Shown: in pieces, positions 63,512 to 64,000 of the stretch
Position numbering within the stretch: position 1 is the stretch's first letter
How the letters are laid out: every line of letters starts with the position of its first letter
Assembly (NCBI RefSeq): GCF_018350175.1
Contig: NC_058368.1
Location: forward strand, 167,030,001 to 167,094,000
From: Felis catus
Lineage: Eukaryota
Length of the DNA: 64,000 bases
Reading direction: 5' to 3'
Made by a program: the position numbers and the translations under genes
The notes under the pieces: generated by a model
Told to the model about the DNA's origin: nothing
Database searches by the model: none
What the model saw: only the letters and a program-made list of their open reading frames with translations

Positions 63512-64000
63512 AATGCTGGAGATGGTTTATGAAAACTTCTTCTCATTACCCATAGTATTCCACAAAGGGCAAAAATCTGCACCCTAGGTTTTCTGTGGAG
63601 ACTATATAAAAAAGTGATTTTGAGAAAAGATAAAGGGGGCCTGTCTTCCTGTGTAGTATCAGATACTGGCCCAGAATAAATGCTTTTGGCTAGTCTGATA
63701 GGTAAAATTATCTGCTTCCAAATTTCAACATCTGGCATTCCTCCATTGTAGCTGACCTTATGATACTCTATTACCTGAAAGGCATTTCTTTCCTCCCTTG
63801 GCTTTCCCCATTAGCTAGGCAATGTGGATAGGCCTGGTCCTGCAAACATAGGTTTCTTAAAGCAAAGGCTATTAAAGCTTTAGTTCATCTACATTAATTT
63901 TTTAAATTCCTACATTTGGATGAAATTAACCCTATTTGTAGCATAAACCTGACAAGTCCATACAGACTTTTAACACCCCATTAATCTTACTTTGTTAGAC

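Overview
AT-rich, repeat-dense mammalian DNA from a cat (Felidae). The identification rests on about 30 tRNA-derived CAN-SINEs, including young SINEC_Fc-type copies, and feline-type L1 3' ends. No protein-coding gene is recognisable: the listed ORFs are SINE/L1/L2 read-through or chance frames, so the window looks intergenic or deep-intronic. It holds layered transposon fossils: CAN-SINEs with TSDs, L1 fragments (one twin-primed inversion, one ending without a poly(A) tail), L2, MIR, ERV/MaLR solo LTRs and DNA transposons. Highlights: (1) a CpG-island-like ~430-bp insert with housekeeping-promoter motifs inside an MLT1 LTR (44.7-45.3 kb), followed by strong splice donors and a strong acceptor, i.e. 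a candidate LTR-embedded promoter/lncRNA start; (2) a pristine 30-nt tailless U6 retrocopy with a perfect TSD; (3) several templated-repair scars (fold-back palindromes, a 45-bp displaced duplication); (4) a ~209-codon frame with only one internal stop. Repeat family names are from memory of consensus sequences and need RepeatMasker/Dfam confirmation.
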